Shown here: positions 25,459 through 26,405 of the stretch, piece by piece | How the letters are laid out: every line of letters starts with the position of its first letter | Numbering within the stretch: position 1 is the first letter of the stretch | Assembly: GCA_016928855.1 (NCBI GenBank) | Contig: JAFGKA010000037.1 | Span: 1-26,405 of the forward strand | Length of the DNA: 26,405 nucleotides | Source of the DNA: Phycisphaerae bacterium | GTDB lineage: Bacteria; Planctomycetota; Phycisphaerae; UBA1845; PWPN01 | Reading direction: 5' to 3' | Made by a program: the position numbers and the translations under genes | Notes under the pieces: generated by a model | Seen by the model: only the letters and a program-made list of their open reading frames with translations | The model's database searches: none | Told to the model about the DNA's origin: nothing

Positions 25459-25591
25459 TAGAAAAATCAGTGCGCCCGACCGCAGAATCGTTATTCAAAT
25501 CGGTCGCGACCGCAACACACCGTACAGATGCGTACAGCACCCCGTTCTGCCGACACGCAACGTCCGATCACGCCCCATCGAGTGCCCCGTT

Positions 25592-26405
25592 TTATTGCCC
25601 CCCCCGAGCCCGCACGCCCAAACCGGGCCGATCCGAGAGAACCAGCCGCCCGCCATCACCGCCGAGCCCCTCGAACGGATCGTCCGCGAGCAGCAAGTGC
25701 CCGTCGAGATCCAGATAGTCCACCAGCGGCGCGAGCTGCAACGCCGCCGAAATCCCGACGGACGTCTCGACCATGCAGCCGAGCATGATCCGAAGCCCCA
25801 GCAACCGGGCCGCGTGAATCATCCGCAGCGCTGGCCGAATCCCGCCACACTTACTCAGCTTGATGTTGATCGAATCGAAACTGCCCGCGCAGCGCACCAC
25901 ATCGGCCTCGCGTACGCAACTCTCGTCCGCCATGATGGGCAGAATCTTCGCGTCACGCATAGCCCGCATGGCGTCCACGTGCTCCGGCTTGCAGGGCTGC
26001 TCGACGAACTCGACCCCGAACCGCGCCATGCAGCGCAGACGGTCCATCGCCACCTCGGGGGCCCAGCCGCAATTCGCGTCCACACGCACCGTCTTGTCCG
26101 GCGCCGCCCCGCGAATCGCGCCGAGAATCGCCTCGTCGTCCGGCGTGCCGACTTTGATCTTCAGGACCGGATACGCAGCCGCCTCGCGCGTCTTGGCGGC
26201 GACAGCATCGAGATCATCGATGCCGATCGTAAACGACGTCAACGGCATTGCCGCCCGATTCAAACCCAGCAGACGCCAAACCGGAACACCCAGCAGCTTG
26301 CCAATCAGATCGTGCAGGGCCCCGTCGATCGCCGCGATCGTCGCCGCCTGATCGCCAATCTCGCGCCAGAGCTTCTCATGGATCACATCGAGCGAAAACG
26401 GATCG
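25592..26405 (-). CDS. Enolase-superfamily enzyme, dipeptide (L-Ala-D/L-Glu) epimerase / muconate-cycloisomerase-like. N-terminus lies beyond the window end (5'-partial).
   Basis: MR/MLE barrel-domain catalytic set: LKIKVG (KxK), VDANCGW (Asp metal ligand), EQP (Glu), MADES (Asp), KLSKCGG (catalytic Lys). The frame is open to position 26405. Confidence 0.85.
   Translation of the reverse strand, partial: DPFSLDVIHEKLWREIGDQAATIAAIDGALHDLIGKLLGVPVWRLLGLNRAAMPLTSFTIGIDDLDAVAAKTREAAAYPVLKIKVGTPDDEAILGAIRGAAPDKTVRVDANCGWAPEVAMDRLRCMARFGVEFVEQPCKPEHVDAMRAMRDAKILPIMADESCVREADVVRCAGSFDSINIKLSKCGGIRPALRMIHAARLLGLRIMLGCMVETSVGISAALQLAPLVDYLDLDGHLLLADDPFEGLGGDGGRLVLSDRPGLGVRARGGQ

Overview
This window is a high-GC (~65-68%) bacterial chromosomal segment carrying about 16 protein-coding genes on both strands. 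I found no rRNA, tRNA, CRISPR array, transposase or integrase. The six-frame track is dense with long antisense ORFs; these are high-GC artefacts, and I assigned the coding strand from recognisable domain motifs and signal peptides.

Coding content, left to right:
- 3..1166 (+): a transglutaminase-like cysteine-protease-domain protein, truncated at its 5' end by the window edge.
- 1207..5485 (-): a four-gene minus-strand cluster, linked by 4-nt stop/start overlaps at two of its three junctions. It encodes a stand-alone CheY-like receiver, a secreted double-unit M16 (HxxEH) metallopeptidase, an FTCD-type cyclodeaminase/cyclohydrolase, and a small Cys-rich protein.
- 5897..9165 (+): an adjacent c-di-GMP pair. 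The first is a degenerate-receiver/GAF/HD-GYP phosphodiesterase; the second is an HDOD-GGDEF (GGEEF) cyclase.
- 9732..12917 (-): a 1062-aa secreted parallel beta-helix (Pmp-like) protein with a thrombospondin-type-3 Ca-binding repeat and a tandemly duplicated dockerin module.
- 13279..14397 (+): a HAF-repeat protein ending in a PEP-CTERM sorting signal.
- 14433..15203 (-): a secreted PDZ/HEAT-like protein.
- 15241..16290 (-): an APH-family phosphotransferase.
- 16596..19268 (+): a YqiJ(NfeD-like)-YqiK(flotillin) operon.
- 19523..20725 (-): a secreted TPR protein.
- 21295..24126 (+): a 943-aa fusion of an FG-GAP beta-propeller, a CE4 deacetylase and an NHL-like propeller.
- 24154..25281 (-): a GntR-type regulator with a sugar-binding domain.
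- 25592..26405 (-): an enolase-superfamily dipeptide-epimerase-like protein, truncated by the right-hand window edge.

The gene content (PEP-CTERM/HAF, dockerin, Pmp-like beta-helix, FG-GAP, many c-di-GMP proteins) suggests a Planctomycetota/PVC-like environmental bacterium; this is inference.

The most unusual points for follow-up:
- the receiver-peptidase-cyclodeaminase operon;
- the antagonistic c-di-GMP enzyme pair with a degenerate receiver;
- the tri-domain propeller-deacetylase-propeller protein with a TFDGQ variant of the CE4 motif;
- two long non-coding intergenic regions (9166..9731 and 20726..21294) that contain nested or tandem palindromes built on CCAGTGG/CCACTGG and share 10-12-nt motifs, suggesting a dispersed palindromic element or structured RNA;
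- homopolymeric C/G tracts around the GntR gene.
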